From positions 1,184,001-1,248,000 of the forward strand of contig CBDCCK010000002.1 in assembly GCA_965214835.1 (NCBI GenBank): a stretch of 64,000 bases of DNA, written 5' to 3'. This document shows, piece by piece, positions 49,429 through 58,953 of this stretch (its first letter is position 1; each line of letters opens with the position of its first letter). Made by a program: the position numbers and the translations under genes. A model generated the notes under the pieces. That model was given only the letters and a program-made list of their open reading frames with translations. It was not told the origin of the DNA and made no database searches. Source of the DNA: Nitrosopumilaceae archaeon (lineage in GTDB: Archaea; Thermoproteota; Nitrososphaeria; Nitrososphaerales; Nitrosopumilaceae).

Positions 49429-50283
49429 ATGACAGAAATTTCCTCTTTAATGAATGAGCCAGTCACAATAGAAGGCGTGGAATCGCTTTCAAGCGCCATA
49501 GCCAAACTGTTGAGCAAACAAATCAGCCGCTTGCTTGTAACTGAAAGTGGCTCTCACGTCGGCATCATTACTGAAAAGGACATTGGAAACTTCCTGCTGG
49601 GTGACGATTCTGAGAAAAATCTAGATGACATCCCAGTTTCAAAAATAATGAAAAAAATTGTCTTGGTTCCAGCCTCCTCCACTGTTCCAGAGTGTGCCAA
49701 AGTCATGCTAGAAAAAAATATTGGATCCCTGGGAGTATCTGCAGACAACAAGCTGGTAGCTGGAATAATAACAAAGACCGATCTTGCGCGTTATTATGCA
49801 GAAAATTATTCTGGCAAGCACAGGGTCGGAGACGTGATGACAATATCTTACATTCGACAAAGTTCCGATGATTCCCTAAAGGATGTCGTATCTGCCATGG
49901 TTGCAAACAGGATATCTAGGATTTTCATACAAGACAACAATAACATTGAGGGAATTATCACATTTCGTGACCTGTTCAGAATCGCATTAGAGCAGGGCAA
50001 TACCGACTCTGTATTGGATAACTCTGATCCTGTAATATCTGTAGTTTTTACACGAAAAGGATTTCTTTCAGAATCTGGTTTTGGCAATACCATACACGCA
50101 AGTGACATCATGACCAAAAACATAGAATCCGTCGACTTTGAGGAGGATCTTGTAATTGCCTGCAAAGCCATGATTCAGGAAAAAATTAACGGCGTAGGTG
50201 TTAGAATAGAAAACAAACTGGGTGGAATAGTGAGCAAAACCGACGTACTAAAGGCAATCTTCATAGATGGCAATTCCCAATAG
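49429..50283 (+). CDS. Four-CBS-domain protein
   Basis: Repeated GIITxxD CBS motifs. Confidence 0.88.
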   Translation: MTEISSLMNEPVTIEGVESLSSAIAKLLSKQISRLLVTESGSHVGIITEKDIGNFLLGDDSEKNLDDIPVSKIMKKIVLVPASSTVPECAKVMLEKNIGSLGVSADNKLVAGIITKTDLARYYAENYSGKHRVGDVMTISYIRQSSDDSLKDVVSAMVANRISRIFIQDNNNIEGIITFRDLFRIALEQGNTDSVLDNSDPVISVVFTRKGFLSESGFGNTIHASDIMTKNIESVDFEEDLVIACKAMIQEKINGVGVRIENKLGGIVSKTDVLKAIFIDGNSQ

Positions 50284-50816
50284 CTGAGATCTACACCTGA
50301 TCACCTGTCAAATGCAAATTTCCTTCAGGTATGGAAAAGCTTGAAAAGCCCTAGTCTCGCCTGGCGGCCTGCGGATTCTATGGGGGATGGTCTGGGCAAG
50401 GATATCCCTGTTGCAAGAGCCGGCAGTGCAGAAATGACGGGATGCTGTGTTTTTTTGTATTCCAAAATCGGCTGGCATCAAACACGTGCAAAAAATGAAG
50501 GATCCAAACCCGTCCCCAAGTGCTGGGCCTACAAGGACTTTCCACGACCAAATGCATGGGAAGCTGAACCTATGGAATACTTTACGGTGAGCTGACGTGT
50601 GCTCCCGTCTGGGTGCTACTGCAAGAATCGCCGAACCCTCTTGAGAACATCGGACACAGATGCTCTTCTGGAACCTATCGCTATTGTGGCAAGACATCCT
50701 GCCAATAGCAGTGTATCCAACTCCGTCCTGCCCCCTCCAGCAAAGCTCTGCGCCTCCTTTGCCAAAAATATTGCACCCAGCACTACAATTGAAAGTAATG
50801 ACGCTGATATCCTTGC

Positions 50817-50898
50817 TAGACCTCATGCGTAATCGGTCCAAATCTAGGATTATTGCGAACAAATTCATCTCATTCAGGTCGATTACGCATAAGGTCTA
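50817..50898. mobile_element. Family C (IS5-derived) MITE, copy 3
   Basis: TAGACCTCATGCGTAATCG / CGATTACGCATAAGGTCTA; interior differs from copies 1 and 2. Confidence 0.75.
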
Positions 50899-50899
50899 T

Positions 50900-51270
50900 C
50901 ACAGACGGGCTTCCGGCCTATGCCAAGTCCTCAAGGAAGGCATTCGAAAATGGCACAAATCGCGTGAAGCATATTCACCCGGCAGGCAAGCGTGACTGTG
51001 AAAGATAGAAAGGCTCAATGGCGAGATTCGAGACCGTGAGAAGGTGTTTCGTGGCCTCAAGACAGACACTGCAATCCTTGACGGAATGAGGGTCTACTAT
51101 AATTTCACAAAAAAAGCACGGTGCGTTGAACGGGCAGACCCCGGCAGAGTCAGCACTGATAAGCGTGGATGGTACAAGCAAGTGGAAGACGATAATCCAG
51201 AATGGCAGTCTCAACAGGGCTACGGAGTGATTTTTTGAGGGGATTCCATATCCCCAATTTTACACAGAAT
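50900..51270 (+). pseudogene. IS6-like transposase C-terminal remnant
   Basis: ITDGL, IERLNGEIRDREKVFRGLK; frameshifted. Confidence 0.7.
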
Positions 51271-51313
51271 CTCCGTCCATATTCTTTATATGTGATCTTG
51301 AACAACTAATAAC

Positions 51314-51736
51314 ATGGGCAAGGTATTCGCTCCGGCACTTTTACTGCCTCTTCTAGTAGCGGTTCTGGCATTTGGCTCTGTGTATCCTGCATTGGCAGAT
51401 TCAGGGGACAAATCCTACAAACAAAGCTGGGCCGTGCCAATAGGCCAGGCAGAAGGAACACTGGAGATTTCACAAGACACTAACATCGACGATGTCCGAG
51501 ACCTTGCAATTTCAGAAGAGCAGGCACGACAAGGTTATGATGCTGACAGGGCCAGACTCGCAAAGGCTGTAAATGACTCTGGCCAGTACTTCCTTGTATG
51601 GAAACTAGTTGACTATACCGAGTCCAATACAAAGATAAAGTATATTCTTGATGCAGGCACTGGAGAGCAACTGATTGAACCAATTGTCAAGGAAGTCGGT
51701 TCGTGCGGAGGCCACAAAACGACTAAAAGCGCATGA
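51314..51736 (+). CDS. Secreted hypothetical (PepSY-like) protein
   Basis: Signal peptide; ISEEQA..LVW..ILDAGTGE. Confidence 0.65.
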   Translation: MGKVFAPALLLPLLVAVLAFGSVYPALADSGDKSYKQSWAVPIGQAEGTLEISQDTNIDDVRDLAISEEQARQGYDADRARLAKAVNDSGQYFLVWKLVDYTESNTKIKYILDAGTGEQLIEPIVKEVGSCGGHKTTKSA

Positions 51737-51942
51737 CCGGTTTTTTCTAACCTTGTGCCAAGCTCCCAACTGTCTCCCAAAAAAGCAGCTGAATTCATAC
51801 GAGCTTGTTTTTGGATCCAAAATAGCAGGATCAGTCAAGCCTGTGTGGCTCTAGGAGATTTTCGAGTTTTGTCTCATGCCTGCAAACCTTGTAGTTTTTG
51901 CCTCCTGCACTGTTTTGAAGCTGGCCAAAAAATACTGCATGC

Positions 51943-52033
51943 CGTAGTACGTACAGTTGAAAACGGATCATTTTTTATCGAAATAGGAACCATATGCCAA
52001 AATCATGATCCATTCTTTGGCGTGCACACTGCA
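51943..52033. repeat. IS481-end-derived MITE (family F), copy 1
   Basis: Homologous to 58800-58892 and to 31674-31745. Confidence 0.7.
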
Positions 52034-52171
52034 GGTGCCGGTTGTGTGGGGGGAGACGGGTTTGACAGCGACTCTGCCCGGAGGCGCAGCAGAACACGCG
52101 TTCGATGACAGGGGAGCATATTGTTGTCGACCCCATCACCTGATGATGGGATCACAGTGGAATGGGAATCT

Positions 52172-52669
52172 TTATTTTTTTGAAATTGAGCAGCAGCTGT
52201 GCCTTTGCAGTCCACCTGCGATCCAGTAAATCGAGAAGGCCAGCACTCCAACGGAGATCAACTTTAGCTCCAGTCCCTGCATTGGGAAAACCGACAGGCC
52301 TCCGACTGCGCCCAAAACCACGGCCAGTGGCGCCGTGCATGCGGGACATCCCGGGGTAAACGCCGAGAACGCGCCTCCCAGAAACGCGGCCCCACCCGAT
52401 TTTGCCGAGTTTGCCATCCTTATTCTTTTCACCTTAAACGCAATCATCGCAATGTTGATTCCGCCAAGCGCTGCAATCACTGCGGTCAGTGCGATTGAGG
52501 TCGCAATGTGGCCCCCATACTCTTCTGATGCCGCATCTATATGGACGGGCAGCATCGACATTGTCAAAAAAAAGTATGCCGTACCCAGGCCGGCTGCGGC
52601 GACGACTGCAATGACTGCATATTTCCTGATTGTCAGCACGTTTGAAATCAGCTGCAGCCTGCCTGCCAT
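52172..52669 (-). CDS. Membrane protein with CPAC motif (possible metal binding/transport)
   Basis: 4 TM helices, GCPAC, C-terminal HSCC. Confidence 0.65.
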   Translation of the reverse strand: MAGRLQLISNVLTIRKYAVIAVVAAAGLGTAYFFLTMSMLPVHIDAASEEYGGHIATSIALTAVIAALGGINIAMIAFKVKRIRMANSAKSGGAAFLGGAFSAFTPGCPACTAPLAVVLGAVGGLSVFPMQGLELKLISVGVLAFSIYWIAGGLQRHSCCSISKK

Positions 52670-52940
52670 GTACACGCTGTTGTACCTGACTGTATTTTAA
52701 CCATTTTTCAGATGTAGCTTGCTGCATAACCGTGCCTGAGCGCGTAAAAGCGGCTGTACGGGGTCACCTACCCTCATCAGCCAGGCACGAATCAGCATGC
52801 ATGATTGTGATTTTCGTGCCTAGATAGCAGGAGGACGTGACCACATACAAGCGGCTAGTTTTTTTTGTGCCTAAAATCAGGGTCATGCAACAGGCTATTT
52901 GGATGGCAACCATTATTACTGCTCAGGAAACCCACTGCAC

Positions 52941-53192
52941 ATGGCCGACCTGACAGATGAGGAGACATCCATCCTGGTTCAATATGCCATACAAAGGTAC
53001 GAAAACGAGGAGGAGCTCCTAGCAAGGCTAAGGACCGTACTTGACGAGAAAAAAATCCAAAGGGCCGTTGACACCTTGATTGGAACCCAAAGAGTTAGGC
53101 GCATCGGACCTGAAACCCTGCAGAACAACGAGAGCCATACCGAAATGCCCGAACTGCCTGACTCCCTAAGGGAAATAATAAAAGGCCTCTAA
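52941..53192 (+). CDS. Small conserved hypothetical protein
   Basis: MADLTDEE..RAVDTLIGTQRVRRIG. Confidence 0.7.
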   Translation: MADLTDEETSILVQYAIQRYENEEELLARLRTVLDEKKIQRAVDTLIGTQRVRRIGPETLQNNESHTEMPELPDSLREIIKGL

Positions 53193-54073
53193 AATCCCCT
53201 TAATCCTTGGGGCCTGACTGCCTCTGGATGCTGTCGCAGCCAGCTTAGCTGCTTTAGCATTTCCCCCTTGTCCTGCGGGAACGTTCCCTTGATGTTGTAT
53301 GCATTAGATCCGTGGTTTGCCCTGAAGACAACCTCGTCTCTTACGTCAATCTGCTCGATAAGATCGTAAAGCTCGCCCAGTGCCTCGTCGTCGTTAATCC
53401 TGGCAAACTCGCCTCCATACTTATCAATGAACTCCTCCTTTATTCCGTTCTCCAGGTAAAGTGTCAGTGCGCCTACGTAGTTTGGCGCACACGCGTTAAT
53501 GACATCCGCGGTTCCCTTGATGTGCTCCTTGGAGTATTTCCTTCCGCCCAGCCCCAAGATCACCATGCAGGACATCACGTATCCTGCATCCTTTGCCTTG
53601 TTTACTGCCTTGACTATGGTCTTTCCAATTGCGCCCTTTGTCACCTTTTTCAATACGACATCAGAGCCGCTCTCGACTCCCAGATACAGCATGTCCAGAC
53701 CGGCCCTGTTCATGCGTTGCAAATCCTCGGGGGATTTTTTCAGCAGATTCATCGGCATGGCATAGCAGGAGATCCTTTCAACAGACAGAAACTTCTCCCT
53801 GATGTACCTTACAATCCTTATCATGTATTCTGTATCCAGATTCAGCGCATCCCCGTCTGCCAAAAACACCCTTCTGGTCTGGGGCATGTGTTTTGCCATC
53901 AGATCGATCTCTGCCCTTACCTCGTCCCACGGCCTTTCTGCATACTCTTTGGATCTATACATGTCACAAAAGGAGCACTCGTTGAACGAGCAGCCTAGGG
54001 TGACCTGGAAGATCAGCGACCTGGCCTCTGAGGGCGGCCTGTAAAGCGGATGGTCGTAGTTTAGCTCCATCAT
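53189..54073 (-). CDS. Radical SAM protein
   Basis: YRPPSEA, CSFNECSFCDMY, FLADGD, NHGSN. Confidence 0.9.
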   Translation of the reverse strand: MMELNYDHPLYRPPSEARSLIFQVTLGCSFNECSFCDMYRSKEYAERPWDEVRAEIDLMAKHMPQTRRVFLADGDALNLDTEYMIRIVRYIREKFLSVERISCYAMPMNLLKKSPEDLQRMNRAGLDMLYLGVESGSDVVLKKVTKGAIGKTIVKAVNKAKDAGYVMSCMVILGLGGRKYSKEHIKGTADVINACAPNYVGALTLYLENGIKEEFIDKYGGEFARINDDEALGELYDLIEQIDVRDEVVFRANHGSNAYNIKGTFPQDKGEMLKQLSWLRQHPEAVRPQGLRGF

Positions 54074-54160
54074 ATCTGACTGGTGTCTGCCCTTTGGATT
54101 TTTATGTCTAGTGCCGGGTGCAAATACCTTTAGTGCCTGAGCGCCGCCCATAGGTAGCTC

Positions 54161-54463
54161 ATGTCCAATGTTCTACATGCAAAACGGCTTCTCTGGCTCG
54201 TTTTTGCAGGCTCCCGGGGAGGAGTCAACCGCCTTCGGATAATCGCCGAGCTGAGGAAGAATCCCATGAATACCAACCAGCTGTCAAACCAACTGCAGCT
54301 GGACTACAAGGCAATCCGGCATCATATCGGGGTACTGGAGAAGAACAACCTGATAGAAAAGGAGGGTGAAAAATACGGGGTTACCTATTTCATTTCCACA
54401 TTCTTAGAGGCAAATATGGGGGCATTTGAGGAAATTGCACATAAGTTGGATAAAAGTAAATAA
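54161..54463 (+). CDS. ArsR-like winged-helix regulator
   Basis: SRGGVNR.RI, N.NQLS..L.LDYKAI.HH. Confidence 0.85.
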   Translation: MSNVLHAKRLLWLVFAGSRGGVNRLRIIAELRKNPMNTNQLSNQLQLDYKAIRHHIGVLEKNNLIEKEGEKYGVTYFISTFLEANMGAFEEIAHKLDKSK

Positions 54464-54488
54464 GCACAGAGCGGGGGCTGATCTCTAA

Positions 54489-54773
54489 ATGGAATCCACC
54501 TCTGCAATCATGTCCATAGTCTCAATTGCAAACATCATAGTCCTGGGAATCCTGATTGCAACCTTTGGCAGGATATATGTCCGAACTAAGGCACAGCTTC
54601 CCATGGGAATGGTGGTGGTTGCAGGAATGCTGATCCTTCACAACATAGTCGGCGCGATGGCATACTTTTCAATGGAGATGCTGTTTTCTCACGACATATT
54701 CCCGTACCTGTTGGGCGTCGGCATAGCGGAGCTGGCAGGAATGCTGATCCTCCTAAAAATTACACTGGACTAG
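54489..54773 (+). CDS. Small membrane protein
   Basis: 3 TM helices, follows the ArsR gene. Confidence 0.7.
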   Translation: MESTSAIMSIVSIANIIVLGILIATFGRIYVRTKAQLPMGMVVVAGMLILHNIVGAMAYFSMEMLFSHDIFPYLLGVGIAELAGMLILLKITLD

Positions 54774-54875
54774 TCCGTGGCTTATTTGTAATTACAAGAC
54801 TACGCAAATGACCTTCAGGCACCCCTTTTTTTCCTATGCAGCTAGTCCATGGTTTATTTGTAATTACAAGACCAC
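54770..54875. repeat. 34-bp direct repeat (72-bp period) containing palindrome TTGTAATTACAA
   Basis: 54770-54803 vs 54842-54875. Confidence 0.85.
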
Positions 54876-54882
54876 ACCCTGT

Positions 54883-55335
54883 GTGGATTCAAGGTCAAGG
54901 GAATACCTCAGGCTTAACAAAAACATCCTGATCGCACTTGCAGCCTCCATTACAATCTCTGCAGCCGTGGCGCAGGCCCTGGCTCAGCAGCATGACTATC
55001 TTAACACCATCTATACGCTCATTGCAGATTACATCGTATATTTCTCCGTGTTTGGCGGACTGTTCTATCTGGACAATCGCAAGAAATACCGGCTGGACTC
55101 CGGCGAGACTGACAACGCCCGTCTCCGACATGACCTGATCAAGATTATCATCTCTCTTGGAGTCGGGGAGGTCATCTACACGATTGCCAGGGGGTTCTCC
55201 CAGTATTACCTGCTGACAATAGGCCATGATCCGTACCTGGCATCCATTATAGCACAGGGACTCTCAACCATAGTATATGTGATAATCATAAATCTTAGTG
55301 TGACGATTACAAGGCTGTTCAGGGATGACCACTAG
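54883..55335 (+). CDS. Hypothetical (GtrA-like) membrane protein
   Basis: 4 TM helices; GTG start chosen. Confidence 0.6.
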   Translation: MDSRSREYLRLNKNILIALAASITISAAVAQALAQQHDYLNTIYTLIADYIVYFSVFGGLFYLDNRKKYRLDSGETDNARLRHDLIKIIISLGVGEVIYTIARGFSQYYLLTIGHDPYLASIIAQGLSTIVYVIIINLSVTITRLFRDDH

Positions 55336-55681
55336 CATTTATGTCGACGGCTCCGGCGGTCCGAACTCCGGATATGGCTATTTCGTAAAAGAGTCCGGAA
55401 GGTCGTTTTACGAAAAAAGTCCCGATCTTACGAACAACCAGGCAGAATACATGGCAATAATTTCGGCCCTCAGGGATTTTGAGGGCTCCGACGACGAGGT
55501 CATCATCTACAGCGACTCTAAGAACACCGTATCCCAGCTAAACCACGAGTTTGCAATCAACAACGAGCGTCTCCGTACCCTGGCCCGGGAGGCATGGGAG
55601 CTTGTCGGAAAGTACCGGAATCTAAAGCTACAATGGGTTCCGCGAAAGGAAAATCCGGCCGGCAAGATGCTTGGAAGCTGA
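55325..55681 (+). CDS. rnhA: Ribonuclease HI
   Basis: YVDGS, TNNQAEY, YSDS, WVPRKEN.A. Confidence 0.9.
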   Translation: MTTSIYVDGSGGPNSGYGYFVKESGRSFYEKSPDLTNNQAEYMAIISALRDFEGSDDEVIIYSDSKNTVSQLNHEFAINNERLRTLAREAWELVGKYRNLKLQWVPRKENPAGKMLGS

Positions 55682-55748
55682 TGCGGAGATCGGGGCTTTT
55701 TCATGAATAGCTTTATTATGGAAAATCAACGAGTTTCCCTTGTTCGGC

Positions 55749-57845
55749 ATGGCATCCTCGGTTTTTCTTTCGCCAAAATCCATTGCAATTATCGGCGCGT
55801 CCGACAAGGAGGGAAGCGTGGGGCGTGCCATTACATCAAACATTATGAAGGACTACAAGGGGGCCATTTATCCGATCAGCCCTACTAGGCCCAAGGTTTT
55901 CAATAAAAAGGCGTACAAGAGCGTCTTGGATGTCCCAAAACCCATTGATCTTGCAGTTGTCGTGACAAAGAACACAGTCGTTCCTGCGGTCTTGGAGGAG
56001 TGCGGCAGGAAGAAAATCAAGGGCGCAATCGTAGTCACCGCCGGCTTCAAGGAGGTCGACGAGGCAGGCAGGAGACTAGAGCAGGAACTAAAAGACATTG
56101 CCAAAAAATACAAGCTGCAGATAATCGGACCCAACTGTCTTGGGGTGATGAACCTTGATCCCAAGACAATGATGAACTCCACCTTCCTCAAGATCACCCC
56201 AGAGTCAGGAGAGATTGCCCTAGTCTCGCAGAGCGGCGCAATCTGCGCTGCCCTAGTCGAGGATGCAAGCGCACAGGGCATTGGGTTCTCTGCCGTAATC
56301 TCCATGGGAAACAAGGCAGATCAGACCGAGATTGACGTCCTCAAGATGCTGGCAGCCCACAAGCAGACCAGGGTCATCGTAATGTATCTTGAGGACATGG
56401 GGGACGGACAGGAGTTCCTCAAGGTATGCAAAACCATTACCAAAAAGCACAAAAAGCCGGTTCTGGTTCTCAAGTCGGGGAGGAGTCCGGAGGGCGCAAA
56501 GGCTGCAATGTCCCATACCGGGGCCCTGATGGGCTCAGATGAAATCTATGACGCACTGCTTGCACAGTCCGGGGCAATCCGCGTTGATACGATGGGGGAG
56601 CTGTTTGACTATGCTGCTGCATTCTCAAAACAGCCGCTGCCGTCAAAGGGCGACCTGGTAATCGTCTCAAACGCGGGAGGCCCTGCAATCATCTCGACTG
56701 ATGCATGCTCTAGGCTGGGAATCAAGATGGCAAAGATCGAGTCCATCCGGCCGAAAATCGACAAGGTCATCCCCCCGTGGGGGAGCTCCAGGAACCCCGT
56801 TGACATTGTGGGTGATGCCGACTTTAACCGCTTTCGCGGAGTGCTAGACGAGGTTCTAAAGCACAAGAATGTCGGCTCTGTAATCTCAATGTGTACGCCT
56901 TCTGCAACCTTGGACTATGACAAGCTGGCGCAGGTCATCGTAGAGATGTCCAAAAAATACAAGAAAACCATGCTTGCCAGCCTGATGGGACGGGACGAGG
57001 GGGCCACAAACCGGGAAATCCTGGCGGCCGGGGGCGTTCCCTATTATAATTATGCCGAGGGCGCAATCCGTGCCCTGAGCGCGATGCTGAGATTCTCCAA
57101 GTGGGCAGGCACGCCGACCGGCTCTGTTAAGAAATTCAAGGTAGACAAGGACAGGGCGGCCGAAATCTTTGCCAGGGTAAGAGGGGAGGGCAGGTCAAAC
57201 CTGCTAGAGGAGGAGGGCCAGGCGGTTCTCAGGGCGTACGGACTTCCCCTGCCAAAAAGCCAGCTTGCAAAGGACGCAGACGAGGCAGTCAGGGCTGCCA
57301 AAAAAATCGGCTATCCGGTCGTAATGAAGATCGCCTCGCCGCAGATCATCCACAAGTCCGATGCCGGCGGAGTCAGGGTAAACCTGGCCGGAGAAAGGGA
57401 GGTTCGCTTGGCATACAGCGCAATTATCAAAAACGCCAGGGCCTACGACAAGAACGCACAAATCAAGGGGGTCCTGATCGTTGAGATGGTAAGTGAGGGC
57501 AAGGAGATGATCATCGGCTCGAAGCTTGAGCCCGGATTCGGTCCCGTCATAATGCTCGGCATGGGCGGAATCTATGTCGAGGTTCTCAAGGATGTGACGT
57601 TCAGGCTTGCACCTGTAACTGGAAGGGAGGCAGATGGCATGATTGCATCGATCAAGACGCAAAAGCTCCTTCGGGGCGTCAGGGGCGAGAGGCCATCGGA
57701 TCTTGCGGGCCTCTCCGAATGCATCCAGAGACTCTCCCAGCTGGTCACTGACTTTGGGGAGATCAAGGAGCTTGACATGAATCCTGTGCTTGTCATGGAA
57801 AAAGGAAAAGGGTGCAGGATCCTAGACGTGCGCATAGGCATCTGA
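55749..57845 (+). CDS. ADP-forming acyl-CoA synthetase, probably 4-hydroxybutyrate-CoA ligase (3HP/4HB cycle)
   Basis: SPKSIAIIGAS, IIGPNCLG, SQSGA, SHTGAL (phospho-His), C-terminal ATP-grasp; domain order matches the thaumarchaeal 4HB-CoA ligase. Confidence 0.85.
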   Translation: MASSVFLSPKSIAIIGASDKEGSVGRAITSNIMKDYKGAIYPISPTRPKVFNKKAYKSVLDVPKPIDLAVVVTKNTVVPAVLEECGRKKIKGAIVVTAGFKEVDEAGRRLEQELKDIAKKYKLQIIGPNCLGVMNLDPKTMMNSTFLKITPESGEIALVSQSGAICAALVEDASAQGIGFSAVISMGNKADQTEIDVLKMLAAHKQTRVIVMYLEDMGDGQEFLKVCKTITKKHKKPVLVLKSGRSPEGAKAAMSHTGALMGSDEIYDALLAQSGAIRVDTMGELFDYAAAFSKQPLPSKGDLVIVSNAGGPAIISTDACSRLGIKMAKIESIRPKIDKVIPPWGSSRNPVDIVGDADFNRFRGVLDEVLKHKNVGSVISMCTPSATLDYDKLAQVIVEMSKKYKKTMLASLMGRDEGATNREILAAGGVPYYNYAEGAIRALSAMLRFSKWAGTPTGSVKKFKVDKDRAAEIFARVRGEGRSNLLEEEGQAVLRAYGLPLPKSQLAKDADEAVRAAKKIGYPVVMKIASPQIIHKSDAGGVRVNLAGEREVRLAYSAIIKNARAYDKNAQIKGVLIVEMVSEGKEMIIGSKLEPGFGPVIMLGMGGIYVEVLKDVTFRLAPVTGREADGMIASIKTQKLLRGVRGERPSDLAGLSECIQRLSQLVTDFGEIKELDMNPVLVMEKGKGCRILDVRIGI

Positions 57846-57859
57846 TCACTCCTTATCCA

Positions 57860-57950
57860 GTGAGAGTTTACCCCTCCAATGAGATACGGCGTGGAAGTCG
57901 TGATCATGGCGGCCTCGGCCAGCAGTGTCGCCTTGGGGGTAAACTCTTAC
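57860..57950. mobile_element. IS66-derived MITE (family A), copy 4
   Basis: GTGAGAGTTTACCCC / GGGGGTAAACTCTTAC; perfect 9-bp TSD CCTTATCCA. Confidence 0.9.
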
Positions 57951-57992
57951 CCTTATCCAAACCGCATCCCGTACTGCCAGCGTGAGACCGCA

Positions 57993-58733
57993 CTACAAAA
58001 GGCTCTCTGCAAGCCATACGGTATGCACGATGCTGATGCCTACTGCCACGGCCATGCCTGCAACCGCATACCTGAGGCATGCGACCGCGTGCCTGGTTCT
58101 TGCCAGCAAGACCAGGGGCAGGCCCATGGCTCCCCCTGCAACACTCATGCCGGCGATGCTGCCTGCTCCAAACAGCGCCAGAAAGTAGATCACGGCCTCA
58201 AACCCGCCCGCTGTTGAGGCCATCAGCGCCACCAGGCCCCCGCTGCCGGCTAATCCGTGGAGGCATCCGATCAGATACGCCCTGTGGCCGTGACGGTGAT
58301 CTCCGCCGTGGGTGTGGCGGTGCGTGTGCGATGTGCCGTCCTCGTGCGTGTGGGGATGGGCGTGGCCCCGGCTCCAGACGCCCCGGTTCCTTGCCACCAG
58401 TACTCCGAGGGCTATCAGCACCAGCCCGACGGCAAGTTCTGCACCTGCAAAAAGCCCGTCAGGAACGCTCAGCGACAGGCCCGCAATCAGCAGGCCTACC
58501 AGTATTATGCTGGAGGTGTGTCCTGCCCCCCACATCATCCCCCTCAGCGAGGAGGCCACGGCCAGCCTCCTCAGATCGGGTCTCCTTGGGGAGACGGTGC
58601 CGATGCGATTCAGCGTGGAGACGGCGCTTAGATGATCAGGCTCAAAGGCGTGAACCAGCCCGACTGCCAGGCCTGCAAACACCATCAAAACGGGGTTGCC
58701 CGCATGCAGCGCCTCTACTATGCCGTCAATCAA
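57993..58733 (-). CDS. Ni/Co permease (UreH/HupN/NixA-like)
   Basis: HAFEPDH, WGAGH, His-rich loop HAHPHTHEDGTSHTHRHTH, HGLAGS; ~6 TM helices. Confidence 0.85.
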   Translation of the reverse strand: MIDGIVEALHAGNPVLMVFAGLAVGLVHAFEPDHLSAVSTLNRIGTVSPRRPDLRRLAVASSLRGMMWGAGHTSSIILVGLLIAGLSLSVPDGLFAGAELAVGLVLIALGVLVARNRGVWSRGHAHPHTHEDGTSHTHRHTHGGDHRHGHRAYLIGCLHGLAGSGGLVALMASTAGGFEAVIYFLALFGAGSIAGMSVAGGAMGLPLVLLARTRHAVACLRYAVAGMAVAVGISIVHTVWLAESLL

Positions 58734-58799
58734 CCTGCCGCCGCACCCCGTGACGTCTCATGCTGCCCTGCAAGACGGCGGGCCTGACTGCAGCCGTAC

Positions 58800-58892
58800 C
58801 ATGGTGCGTACAGTTGAAAACCGAGCATTTTTTATCGAAATAGGCGCGATGTGTCAAAACCATGATTCCATTTTTTTGATGTGCGCATTACG
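58800..58892. repeat. Family F MITE, copy 2
   Basis: Homologous to 51943-52033. Confidence 0.7.
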
Positions 58893-58953
58893 GCAGGAAC
58901 GGTGCTCAGAAAATGCCCGGTGCGCACCTGCAGTACCACGGCCCCGACGCTCA

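Noticed and set aside
50308-50810. ORFs 50308-50868 / 50341-50595 / 50599-50832
   Set aside because: No motifs, overlapping frames and overlap with a MITE; probably decayed mobile DNA.
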